Assembly: GCF_009914755.1 (NCBI RefSeq) | Contig: NC_060925.1 | Length of the DNA: 64,000 nt | DNA from: the human T2T-CHM13v2.0 reference genome, Homo sapiens | Direction: 5' to 3' (one strand) | Shown here: piece by piece, positions 45,995-62,000 of the stretch | Layout: every line of letters begins with the position of its first letter | Numbering within the stretch: the stretch's first letter is position 1 | Position numbers and translations under genes: made by a program | The notes under the pieces: generated by a model | Databases searched by the model: none | The model's input: only the letters and a program-made list of their open reading frames with translations | Told to the model about the DNA's origin: nothing

Positions 45995-46534
45995 ACATTA
46001 CACAAATGATTGTGGGGGTGGTATGGGTTGTATGACAACTAGACCTAAACTAACAATATGACTTACCGGCTTTGATTTCCAGGAGATCCTGGAAACCCCC
46101 TCAAGGAATGGTGGTGTGTAGGGTTAACCAAATGAGGAAGGGGATGATGTTGATCCTGGGAGGGCACAGGGTGGTGGGTGAGGAATGAATGTTTTAGGCA
46201 GAAGTGGCAAAGTAAAGAAAATGCCCAGCAGTAAGAAAAAGCCTGGCCATTTTGCAATACAGAGAACCAAATCTTTAAAATGTACAATGGCTTGCTTATG
46301 TGGCCATTCTCTTTGACTTAGACTGGAAGTTCTTTGAGGGCAGGGACTATCATCTTTTTTCTATTGCCTTTGTAACCAGTTGGCATGTGGAGAATTTTAT
46401 ATGGCAGGGGACATTTAGTTTCATTGGGCAGTTTCTGAGTACAGCTTCTTTCCAGCTTATATCTGCTCTGAAATCTTATATGTCCATCACCATTCACTGG
46501 GAAAATGGATTGCATACCTTACAGACTGTGCTTT

Positions 46535-46870
46535 TGATATGGTTTGGCTGTGTCCCCACCCAAATTTCATCTTCAATTGTAGCTCCCATAATTCTCTCAT
46601 GTTGTGGGAGGGACCTGGTGGGAGATAATTGAATCATGAGGGCAGTTTTCCCCATGCTGTTCTCGTGGTAGTGAGTAAGTCTCACAAGATCTGATGGTTT
46701 TATAAGAGGTTTTCCCTTTCTCTGGGCTCTCATTTCTCTCTGTGGTCTGCTGCCACGATTGTGAGGCCTCCCCAGCCACGCGAAACTGTGAGTCCATTAA
46801 ACCTATTTTTCTTTAAAATTACCCAGTCTCGGGTATGTCTTTATCAGCAGTGTGAAAATGGACTAACACA
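46535..46870 (+). mobile_element. THE1B/C-like (MaLR) solo LTR
   Basis: TGATATGGTTTGGCTGTGTCCCCACCC...GGACTAACACA; perfect 5-bp TSD GCTTT at 46530 and 46871. Confidence 0.92.
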
Positions 46871-47127
46871 GCTTTCTATCCTTCCAGGTTGGCAAAGAGG
46901 GTTTTAAGGGAAATTACGATCATTTTTGGAAGGATCAAGCATTGTCAGTTTTTCTTTCCTGTATAAGTACTGCTTTTATATTATTCCTACCCCCACCAAG
47001 CTCCTGAACAGATGTTTCAATGGGCATTGTTGGCTATGCTTTTGTTTTGAAAAATTTGAAACATTATTGAAAGAGGAGATGGTAGAAAAACCCCCTAATT
47101 GATTCTAATATATATTTAATTTGGCAG

Positions 47128-47216
47128 AACTTGAGAGAGATTTGCTGGGATAAGGCGGGACATTTCTTTGATCTCCCGGACTTCTTATCGTGGAAGGCAA
47201 CAGGTGTCACAGCACG
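47128..47216 (+). CDS. FGGY: FGGY internal coding exon, 89 nt (probably exon 5): [29 protein letters not shown](R)
   Basis: CAG acceptor 47125-47127; donor ACG|GTATGT at 47217. Phase 0 start continues the previous exon. DLPDFL-x-W motif lies inside ORF 47131..47331. Confidence 0.96.
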
Positions 47217-47539
47217 GTATGTTAATTACAAGTTGGATTGTGTTTGCGTTCTTCCATTCTTGGATGTCTGTCTATATATTGCTTTCTTAACTCTCTTTGA
47301 CTGGATATACTTTTGGTACATCTGCATGTGATTTTGCATACATGAAACATCTTGAATCTATCTTCGACCTCCACTGCACATGCCCAAACACTGTTGTTCC
47401 TAAGAGCCCTGGAATGTGAGTATCCAAGGTGAAGACCATTCATTAAAATTGGTCATATTTGAAGGAGATATGAAAAATCCAGAGTGAAATGTGGATTTTT
47501 CCAAAGGCACTTTTTACATGATGAATAAAAGGAAAAAAT

Positions 47540-47542
<3 letters not shown>

Positions 47543-47572
<30 letters not shown>
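47543..47572 (+). repeat. (CA)15 microsatellite
   Basis: Direct reading. Confidence 0.95.

Positions 47573-50008
<2,436 letters not shown>

Positions 50009-50046
<38 letters not shown>
50009..50046 (+). repeat. (TG)19 microsatellite
   Basis: Direct reading. Confidence 0.95.
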
Positions 50047-50051
<5 letters not shown>

Positions 50052-51790
50052 TTTGGCCTCTAATATTAACTAGGAGATACATTTTTCAAGGAAGCTGATT
50101 CAGCTGGATGGATGTGTTATGTACTTGTTTGCTTTTTATGTAAATGTACCTCAGTTATCCCATACTGTAGAAGTATATATGTTGAAGTCAACAACTATTT
50201 TTCAGTAAGTTATGAATGTTAAAAATAGAGCATATGCTACACAATAGAGACTTGTATAAAATACTCATTGAGTGTGAAATTGTGGCTACTATAATTAACA
50301 GAGTGAGTGTATGTGTGGGGTTACATAGACAGGTTGGACATGAAATCTTTAAGTATGACGAGCCTCTTGTCATGATGACCTCAGATTTAAGGAGATGCCT
50401 AAGGTCAAGGCAGGTCTTCTCATCTTGAAAAAGATTTAGAATCTGGGTTGAACAAACCTGTGAAGAAGGGAATCATTTCCCAGAGGATAGATAAACCTCT
50501 AGTAATTAGGGAGGCAGGTATTGTATCTTAAAATCAGCTTATTCAGAGAGGGGTCAGATCTTACCCTCTTTCCTTCTTGTTTGAATTCAAGGGAAGCGGG
50601 AAATAGCAGTACCATTTCTCCTATCTCATTCTTTTTTGTAGTGAGTTGATAGGGTGTGATAATTCAGCAGCGGGGGCTTCCAGCAGGGAGACAGCAGAGA
50701 ACATTTCAGAAGCATGTCATTCTTAATGTCAGCAACCCCGAACCTCCTTGCGGTGAAACAATCATTAGCCAAAGGTCCTGGGGCAGAGAGATGCATATGC
50801 TTGTGAAAATGGCCTCTGCAAACCTCAGGTACATGCCATCTCTGGCAGGAGGTCCCTGGAGGAGTGTTCTCAACTTTACCCTGGAAGGTGTAATTAGTCA
50901 CCATTATGGTTATCATCAGTGGGGAGGGCAGTGTGTAGGTGAGGATATCATCTTGGGCATTCCTCTTTTGGTGTGATGTTAATTGTTCAAAGTTATTTCT
51001 GAGAGAATCTTTCTCTAGGTTTTTTCATCATTGTACATCCGTGAAAGAAATGTTTTGATCATTTTGGCCAAATGGTCTTGTTTGTTAGTCAAGCAGTGCT
51101 AGTTGTCATGTGTATGGGCAATACCCCATTGGCCTGCAAATCCAGAGGACTCAAAGCTGGAACAAGAGATGGAGGAGAACGTGGCTTTCCTTCTCTTTTT
51201 CTTTGACATTTTACTCAGCACTTTGACTGCCTCCCTGATTCTTTCTGATGGCTCTGGGTATTCTGTGTCCCATTTCCTGGTTTCCGGTGCCATATTCAGG
51301 CACCAAGGAGAGGGCTTTTTGAAGTTAGCTGTGGCTCAGATAAAGTGTGGTGGCATGCATACACACGGTGGACTAACAATATGACTTACCGGCTTTGATT
51401 TTGCCACACTAGTTGTGTGACCTTGGGCAAGTCTCTTCCCTTCTTTGATTGTCACTCTTTTTGTCTATAGCATGGAGATTGTTATACCTATTTTGCAAAG
51501 TTCTTGTGAGAATCCTATTAAAGCAATTTTTCCAAATTAGTTGGAGTATAGGAATTACCTGAATGATTTGTTCAAAACATGTATCCCCAGGTCTTCTAGT
51601 TTTCAGCCTAATGAATCAGAATCTCCATGGGAGATGTGGGAATTTGTATGTTAACAAGTGCCTAGGTAGTATATGATCAGGTAACTTTGGACAACACTGC
51701 CTAACAGAATATACATGAAGGTAGGATGTGACACTGAGTGAGAGATTGGAAGTGTTTTAAAGGCCTAATGAATTTTTTGAATTTAAAAGT

Positions 51791-52400
51791 TGTAAACAAA
51801 AAATAAAATTCTAAGGCCCCCCGCCATCTGAATGGACCCCTTCTCTTGGCCAAAGGCATTCCAAATTTAACCTGAAAAACCAGTTCAGGCCATGATGGGA
51901 AGGGTGTGGGTAAGACATTCCCCCTTATACAGTCCTCCCTTTTGGAATTCAGGACAAGCCAACCAATACTAACATCAACAAACCTTAAGTCTCATAAGAA
52001 ATGTTTACAGTCTATTCTCTCTGAAGCCTGCTAAGTGGAGGCTTCATCTGCATATTAAAACCTTGGTCTCCACAACTCCTTATCCTAACCCAGACATTCT
52101 TTTCTATTGATAATAACACTTTCAACCAATTGTCAATCAGAAAATTTTTAAATCTACCTACGATCTGGAAGCCCCTGCTTTGAGTTTTCTCACCCATCCG
52201 GATCAAATCAGTATTAACCTTACATGTATTGATTGATGTCTCGTGTCTCCCTAAAATGTATAGAAGCAAGCTGTGCCCCGACCACCTTGAGCACTTGCCA
52301 TCAGGACCTCTTGAGGCTGTGTCACGGGTGCGTCCTTAACCTTGGGAAAATAAACTTTCTAAATTGATTGAGATTTGTCTCAGATACTTTTGGGTTCACA
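51791..52400 (+). mobile_element. MER4-group (ERV1) solo LTR, 610 nt
   Basis: TGTAAACAAAAAATAAAATTCTAAGGCCCC...GGTTCACA; AATAAA about 52349; perfect 4-bp TSD AAGT at 51787 and 52401. Confidence 0.88.
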
Positions 52401-54384
52401 AAGTGGAGGGCGTCTTGTTAACTTATCAGAACATGCTTGGGGGCTTCTAGCCTTGCCTTTGACAATCTCAAACCTTGAGGAAGCAGAAAGTTTAATGCTC
52501 AGAAATGATTTATTGGCTGTCTAATCATCCCTGCCATTTTTATTGGCTGTGACACTCATGACTCATTCTATTTTCATTAGTATAAATTAATCATCCCGTT
52601 CCCCCACCCACCCCGTACTTGTGAGCACCTTCAGAGACCTCCCTTCCCATTTCCCTCTCTTCCAGAGAGCAAAGCCTGTGGACCTTGGGTACCAGGTTCC
52701 TCTTGCAAAGGTGGTTGCCCTTTCCCTTGGCCCACTTACAGCTTGCATCTGTGTTTCTCTCTCTTATTTACTCAATATTTCTGCCTTCTCTATTTCTACT
52801 TGCATATCAAGGTGAAACAAGGAACCCCTCTGAGCTTCCTTGATTGTAGATGGAAATAATGACAACACCTGCTCCATGGGGTTATTGTAGAGAAAGCTTC
52901 TAACACAATGCTGAGAAAGCTTTTTAAAGGTATTAGCGATTTCATTTAGTTCCCTTTCTCTATCAGTTTTGGCAATGAGTCTTTACATTAAGCATAGAGG
53001 AAAGAGGGAAATCCTTGTGGTCAGACTGATCTGGTTTCAGTGTCTCCATCATGTGCAGTCTGTAAGAACCTGGAGCAAATTATTTACCTCCCTGAGCCTT
53101 ATTTCCTCATCCATAAGCCCTCTCAGGGCTATTAAAACAGTTCTCTGGGTAAAACCTCTGTTTTTACACAATAAAGGGTTCTTTTAATAAAAAAAATCCA
53201 CATTGTCTGTTCTCTTTTCTAGAGTAAGGAAGATGAGGGTCTGAATTTGAATATGCCAATTCCAAAAAAACTTTGGGTAATAAAACACCAACTTGGCATC
53301 CTCTGGGCCAAGGAGAGATTGAAATTTGGTGTTTATTTGGCTCTTACATGTGATTATTTTGGGAGGCTTTGGGGAAAATGATTGCCAAAAAGGCTAGAGG
53401 GTCTTTTTTAAAAATACGTTTTAGTAGAGTCAAGACTAACAAGTGATCGAATTTCACCCTGTCTTAAAGCTTTCAAACTTGTTTTTGGCAATGACAGTGT
53501 GTAAGAACACCTCCTCCCCTTTCTCTCTTCCTTCTCCATTTTCCTCTCCTCTCTTTCAGGTTTTGTTTTTGTTTTTTTACCCATTCTCCCCTTTTATTGT
53601 TCTCATCCTCCGAAATATGGCAGCTACTTTTCTTTATCTGGGTCACTGAGAAAATCACCATTTGGCCCATGATTAGTTTGTAATTCAGCTCCATTCTTTT
53701 TCTTATATTAATGAAAATAATTATTGCTATTTTTGTTAATAATAATAATGGTAATTATCACTTATTGAGTGCCTTTCCTTTATCTGTGCTAGGCATATTT
53801 AGCAAATGTTAACTCTGTTAGTCCTCATGACCATCCTTACAGCAGGTGGTGTCATTACCGCTTTGCAATTCAAGAACTGAAGCAGAATGCTTTAGTAATT
53901 TGCCACATTCTTGCTATTAAGTGGGTTACTGTCTACAATTTTGATGACATGAGAAATGGGAAGTCAAACATTTGAATAGTAGGAATTTTTTAGTAGTCAG
54001 AAAAATATATGTATAAATTCTCCCTCTAAAGAGATTTGAGGTGACTAATAATAATAATATAAGAAAAAGTCGTACAAAATAGAAAAAAATCAGAATGGAG
54101 TGAAAATAATGATAAGATAACTGAGCTGAAGCTAAGAGCTTTAGAGAACCTTTAGAGAATTCATAATTACTAATAACTTTGTTTCCAAGCTTCCTAGTGG
54201 CCAAAGCAAAGACAGAGCTTAATCAAGATTAACTGAGTGAACAGATAAAAACTTTACTGCTGTTCAAGGGAAGTAGAACTTTTTCTAACATTGGGAGTCT
54301 GAGAGAAATTAATCCTAGATGATCAAGGGTAGACAATATAAATTATTTAAAAGTATGTGCTATTAAATTTAGTTATAATTTTGA

Positions 54385-55070
54385 ACAAAATTTTAATTTT
54401 AAAATAGTTTTAGGATTATAGAAAAATTGTGAAGACGCTACAGAATTCCCATATACTTGATGTCCAGTTTCTCCCATTAATATATTATTATGATACATTT
54501 GTCATAATTAATGGACTGATATTGATATATTATCATTAATAAAATTCCATACTTTATTCCGATTTTTTTAGTTTTTACCTAATGGCCTTTTTACCATGTT
54601 ACATTTAGTCACGCCTTCTCAGGCTCTTCTTGGCTGTGATAGTTTCTGCGTCTTTCTTTCTTTTTGATACCCTTGACAGTTTTGAAGTGTATTGGTCATG
54701 TATATTGTTGGATGTCCCTCCATTGAAATTTGTCTGATGTTTTCTCATGGTGAGACTTGGGTAGTTTGTTTTTCGGAGGAAGACCATAGAGATAAAATAC
54801 CTTTCTCAACCTATCAAGCGAACACACTCTTATCACAACTTAACACTATTGATGTTCAACTTGATCACCTGGCTGAGATATTGTCAGGTTTCTCCACTCT
54901 AAATTACTCTTCCACCCCCCACCCCCCACCATATTGTACTTTTTGGAAGGAAGTCACTATGCACAGCCCACACATAAGGAGTGGGGAGTAGTTATGCTTC
55001 ATTTTCTTGAGACTGTAGTATCTACATATATTACTTTGAATTATTCTTTATGGGAGATTTGTCTTGTCTC
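54385..55070 (-). mobile_element. Old L1M (L1MC-like) 3' end, ends approximate
   Basis: AAAATAGTTTTAGGATTATAGAAAAATTG...; resembles an antisense L1MC 3'UTR. Confidence 0.6.
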
Positions 55071-57099
55071 AGTTCACCTTTTTTATGGCTTTGAACTAAA
55101 ATAAATTATTTACAAGGCTTCTTATGTACAAACAAGAGACACTGTAAGTAAGTTTGGTTTACTGGTTAAATGTTAGAATTTCTGAGACATTTCTGTGGCA
55201 TATGCGAAAACGGTTGAATTTCTATAATTTTAGGTTTATTATTTCTTATATTTCTTTATATTAAATTTACATATTCTACTTACTCATTTTACTTTTCCTC
55301 TCCCCTCCATTATAATGTATAATTCTGTATGGGTTATTAGTAAATATTCTACCTTTTCCTTTAAAGAGATGAATTCATGGCTTTTAGAAACTGAAGTCTC
55401 TTTAAAATAATTATTACGTTTCTGATGTGTGTGGTTCTCTGTGTTTTGGGTTTATAAGGGATATTATTGTATTGTTATTCATCTTGTGGGTTTTTACCAG
55501 TCTGTCAGGAGATGATTATGTTGGGTTATTGATCTGTAGTCATTTTCTAAATACAATTCATAGGATCTCAAATACAAAACCATTATTTAGACTCTTATTC
55601 TACTGATTTTTCTTTTGTTAAAAAATTGGAAATATGCTTTGTACAACTTATTTTTTTACTTAATATGTTGTATTTTTCATATTAATGTATAAAAATATTT
55701 TTGACATCTGTATAGTATCCTATCCTATGTCAGTATCAATTTTGTCAAGGGTTTGGGCTTGAAATGGGATCTTATTTTAATTTGCATTTTTGATTATTGA
55801 ATGCAATTAATTTTTCTTATATTTATCAACCACTTATTTATGTATGTCATTGTCAATTACTAATTATGACAATTAGTGTTATATATTTCAATGATGTTTA
55901 TGTCAATTGCTAATATTTGTATTGGGAGTTCAGTGTTTTCTTCAATTTTGGTGAGAATTTAAAAAAAAATTTTTTTGCAGTATAATTTCCAGAAAAATTT
56001 AAACCTACAGAAAACTTGAGAGAATGGCATATTGAACACCCTTATACCTTTTACCTACGTTAATCAGTTGCTAACATTTTATTACTTTTGTGCTCTTTAG
56101 TGCACACCTTACCTACCTCTGACACACAGACCTGTAATTATTTTGCTGAACCATTTGTAAATAAATTGCAGACCTCACAGTATTCTCCACCTGATCAGCC
56201 AATACTAACAACATTTTCCTTTATAACCACAACATCATTATCACACTTAAGGCAATTAAAATTAATCCTCATACTCCCTTACAGGTATCCCTGCTGTTAA
56301 GGATTCAGAGGGCCACTCACTCTTTCTTGCTATTGGAGTTCTGACTGATAGAGACTACATTAAAACATATTAGCTAAATGAGGAGTGAAAAGTTGTCTTA
56401 TTATCTCAGAAAATACTCTTTAGCCTCTAGTGTATAGAACTTCTAATATACTAGATGGATAATACAGCTCAGAAGTGCAGTTAAACCCCGTCTGCATGTT
56501 CAGGTATGTGTACATACATAGGAGTTGGGGCAGGAAGGAAGACCCGATTTGCCAACCCTATCTCAAGTCTAGCAGCTTAGCAATATGAATCCAGACCTGC
56601 TTGGGTATGATTACCACATGGCAGTGGGAAGCCATGCTGGTCACACTTGGGCATAGGAGGTGAAAGTGTGAGCTCATTATTATCACCTTTTCTTTAACAC
56701 AGTGACCCTTAAAATGTGGCTTAATCTATTCCAGTCTCTTAATGATTACATGAATTTCCCTTACCGTCTTGGAGAAAATTGAGTAAGAGGATGGGGTGCA
56801 AAGTCAACTCTGTGTCTCTGGTGCTTCTCTGAGTGGAGAGAGGAGGTCGGGTGGAAGTCTCATTCTCCCCAGAGAGCAGAGGCAGCAGCAGGAGAAGAAG
56901 GGAGAAACTTGCACCTTAATACGTGCCTGCCTGTGGTGACTACAGTCCACATCCCTTCCTTGGTACTTGGCCTCTTCATCTCCTGTCTCATTAGTATATC
57001 TGAGATAAGAGTTGATTTTTTTAGAAAACATCTTTAGATGTATATAGTATACATAATTACATATAATTCACATACTATATGATTCACTAATTTAAAGTA

Positions 57100-58190
<1,091 letters not shown>

Positions 58191-58619
58191 AGAATTGATT
58201 TTTTAAAATACTAGAAATCTGTGGGATGAAAGTAAAATTGATTGAATTTATATCATCCTAGAAGTAACTTTTTTTGGCAAGGATACCCCAGGGAGTGTCA
58301 TAAAATTAAAAATTAAAGGTGTCTGAGAGTAAGGGGAGAAGCACAGTTACTTCTGATGTGCTTGATGCTAAAGCTCCTTGATTTGCATTGTTTTATGGTT
58401 GTGTTGAAGGATGATTTCTCAGAACAGTGGTATTTAAAGCAGCTCTTCTAAGTTCTAGGAAGGATTCAGTCATCCTCTCTCACCAGCTTATTTTTTAGTA
58501 TATTTAATAGTGCTGAGAAATAACCAGTAAATATTAGATATTCTTTACCCTTATTTTTGAGAAAGAAGAGTGTTTTCACTCTCTACAGAAGAAATATCCT
58601 TATCTCTTCACTAATGATA

Positions 58620-59095
58620 GTAGAAATAATAGGCATTTCAAAATAACAGTTACTTAAACACATAAGGGCTCATTCTTTCCTGTGAATAAATATAGATATA
58701 TGGAGTCTTGGGCTACTGTGATTTCCCCATAAAGTCATCAAGGACACTAGCTTTTTTGATGTTTTTTAGTCCTGAGTTCTATTTTCAAGATCACCTCATG
58801 GTCCAAGATGGCGGTTGAAGTTTCCATTATCAAGTCCACAGTCCATGTAGCAGGAAGAAGGAAGTGGGTGTGGTGCATACAAAGGATGTGCCTCACATTG
58901 GAGTGAGCCTTCTTTAAACAATCTTCTTAGAAGATCTACGTCATACTTGTGCTTGTATATTATTGACCAGCAGCTAGGTTTATAATCAAACTGAGGTGAA
59001 GGGGAATCGGGGCAGTGTAGGCTTTTATCTGGGTGTCTTCCTATCCAAATATTGGGGTTTTCTTACTAAATAAAAAGGGAGAATTGATATGGGGT
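58620..59095. mobile_element. Ancient MaLR (MLT1-like) LTR relic, ends approximate
   Basis: CAAAATAACAGTTACTTAAAC...CCTCATGGTCCAAGATGGC pattern typical of old MLT1 LTRs. Confidence 0.5.
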
Positions 59096-62000
59096 GGGTA
59101 AAAAGACACTCAAAATCATAATTTCTCAGCAATTTACATTGACCAGTATCACAGACACCAATTTATAGTCCAATGATAGTCACAAGGTAAAGGGAGAAGG
59201 TGGTGATCATGAGGGAGATAGTATATAATCTGAGCAATGTAACTCACAAGTTTCATTATTCATTAATACATTCATTCATTCACTTATTCCTTACATATAT
59301 ATTAGTAAAGCATCTGTGAGGCATTCTCTCCCTAATCCAGTAATTGATAGGTACACATGTATTTGACTATTCAAACCCGTATAAGAGCCAAATAATCCTT
59401 AGTTCAAAGTTTTGCTCTGCCACTTTTAAGATAAATCCGAACTCAGTTAAATAGCTTGTGGATGGGGTGAGGAAGAGGGACCATTTAGAAACCTAGTAAA
59501 CCTGTGGTTCGATGACCTTTTTCTCCACCTCCTCCCTGGCTTGGGATTTGATTTTGGCTACCTGTGGAGAGAGTCATCCACTGAGGGGTCTCAGAGACAT
59601 TGTGGGGGTGAAGAAATGGGTAGGTGCCCAGGAGATTTCAGGCCAGCCCAACCTGAGTTCAGAGGCTTAAAGTCCAGGGAGGGCGAGAGAGGATGAAGCA
59701 TGCTGGGTCAGTCGGGCTGGAGGCAGTGGGGGAGTCGGAGGGAGTAGGAGGAAGTAGGAGGTGCTAACATCATGAGAAGCATGAGTTAAGGCACAGGTTC
59801 TCAGGGACTGTGCCTTGCACTTGTACTCACTTGTTACATCACTGACTGTCCCTCTCTGCTACATTGAGGCAAAGTCTGAGGAAGGTTGAGGTTGCTTCTT
59901 TCTCTTTTCATTAGTAAAGCAAATCTGGATAGAAAAGGGTGAGAAGCCCCATCTTTGTCCTTTGGAGGAAAGGGTAAAACTGTGTGACCTCGACGATTAT
60001 GATGTGCACTCTTCACTGAGAACCACTAGTCTGAATCTGTTCCATTTCTATAAAGCTTTTTCCCCAGTTCTCTGCTGTGTACGTCTAGATGTGGATTTTA
60101 TGTGGCTGAAAGATGATCTCTAGCATGACTGTCATTTTCCAACTGAGCAGCAGTATAGCTTTTCCTTTACTGAACAATTTTCTCTGAGACCTTGAATCAC
60201 TTTTGGAATTTAATTTCATTTGCTTTTTCAATATGATAAAGTAGAACTCTCTCTGAATTTGATTCCTCACTTACAAATAGATATGATACTATATTCTCTG
60301 TTGAAAATGTTTTGGAACTGTGAAGATGCTAGAGAGTTAGATCTCGTGTTTCAGGGAACAGAACTGAAACTCAGAAGGGTTTCATTCTGAGGGTGAAGCC
60401 AGTGTGTGGAATAAGAGTTAAATTTTAAGGGGTACATTCCTGGATCATGCCTTGTTCAGGAGTCTTTTTCCTGACCCAAGAAGGCCTCCCTCAGGATACA
60501 GTGGGCATCTCAGTCTTTGTGAACTCTTAAATTCATTTCTTACCCAGGGTGGCTAACTCTGTCAGTGGACTATTTTGTGAACTTCATACTTTCGGAATAT
60601 GTTATACTTATGTGATTCTTGGTAGTCTCAAGAACCTTGGTAGAGGTTCAAATCAGTCAATCTGGTTAAAGGTATCAGTATTCAGTCTTGGAATCAAGTG
60701 GCACTAGAGCTCTTAAGGCTTGGCGGTTTTCAGGACCTACATCACAAGATACAGAAGTGGTGTGGCTTGGAGCTCGTAAGACTCGTGTCTGGTCCAACCA
60801 GGTAACTTGGGGCCCCTGGCACCCATATCAGACTTTTCTCATCTGCAAAATGTGCTGCTTGGAGTGGGTGATTTATTTAGTACTTCCCAGGCCCAAAGTT
60901 CTGAGTCTGTAAGATGTAGTGGGGTTGACCAGCATCTCCTTTTGGATTCTCCTTTAAAACTCATTCCTTTGAAAGGAGATTGCTAAAGTCAAACCTTAGA
61001 ATCCAACCCTTTGGGCTATGATTTAATGTTAAAATGCTGTACCCTTTCCTTTCCTCCTTTTTCTCCTTTACTACTTCTATTTTGTTTCTTTTTCGAAAAA
61101 ATATACCTTCTTTTAAAATTTTTCTTCATTTTTCCTTCTTCTCTGTAAATTATCAAGGGCCTTTGAAGAGAATTCTTACATGTTATTAAGAAATTGCAGT
61201 CAGGGAGCCCTCTGTTCCCAGATCATTTAGAAGATTGCTTTTCCTTTTGTTAAATACAAAAAATTGTCAACCTGTATTGTTAAAATGTGCCAAAAACTGC
61301 ATTCACCAATAAAAAATGTCAGCTCTCATTATTGCCCAGATATTATTCTTTTCAAAAGCGGAGCACTCTTGCCAGGCTTTCTAAACAATCTTCAGCTCAT
61401 TCATCTTCCTGGTTTTGTTACATTTTGAACCTCTCTGGGTCTATATAAGGTGGCAGCCTGTCTTTTAAAAATTAATGGATTCCAAATGCCATTCAAACCT
61501 ATTTCCGCCCTTAACCTCCTCCTCTTCTCCCCAACCCTGCCTGTTAGGAGTCTTATGTTCTGTATAAATATTGAGCTGGAGATAGTTTCTAAAGAGGTGT
61601 TTGGACCTTTAATTAACATTGACAGCCTGTCTGCTTAGGATTTTGCTCTGCTGTCTCCATGGAAAAGTCAGGTAGGTCAGTATGTGGGGGAGGGACCTCT
61701 GCAGTGGATGTGTTCCTGGCGGCTGGCCCTAGAGACACTGCACTCTGAGCCAACCGTGAAGTCATTTTGAATTTAAGGAGTCTTGCTAATCCAAGGCAAT
61801 GTGTCTTAATTTGACAAAGTAAAGGCTGCCCGATAAGCAAGCCTCACTACAAGTTCTGTGAAACAGGGGGTGTTTGTAAGTTTAGATTGTGCTAGAGAAA
61901 TGTGGTGATGTGGAAGAACGGGCTCATTTTCTCCTGTTTACTCCCTTTCCCACCCCATCCCCCTCCTCTCTCCCTTCTCTCTTACTTACTTTGGCCCAAA

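Noticed and set aside
50626-50976. Overlapping 106-aa (+) and 96-aa (-) ORFs in non-repeat sequence
   Set aside because: No recognisable homology, no convincing splice or start context, and no poly(A)/TSD to suggest a retrocopy.
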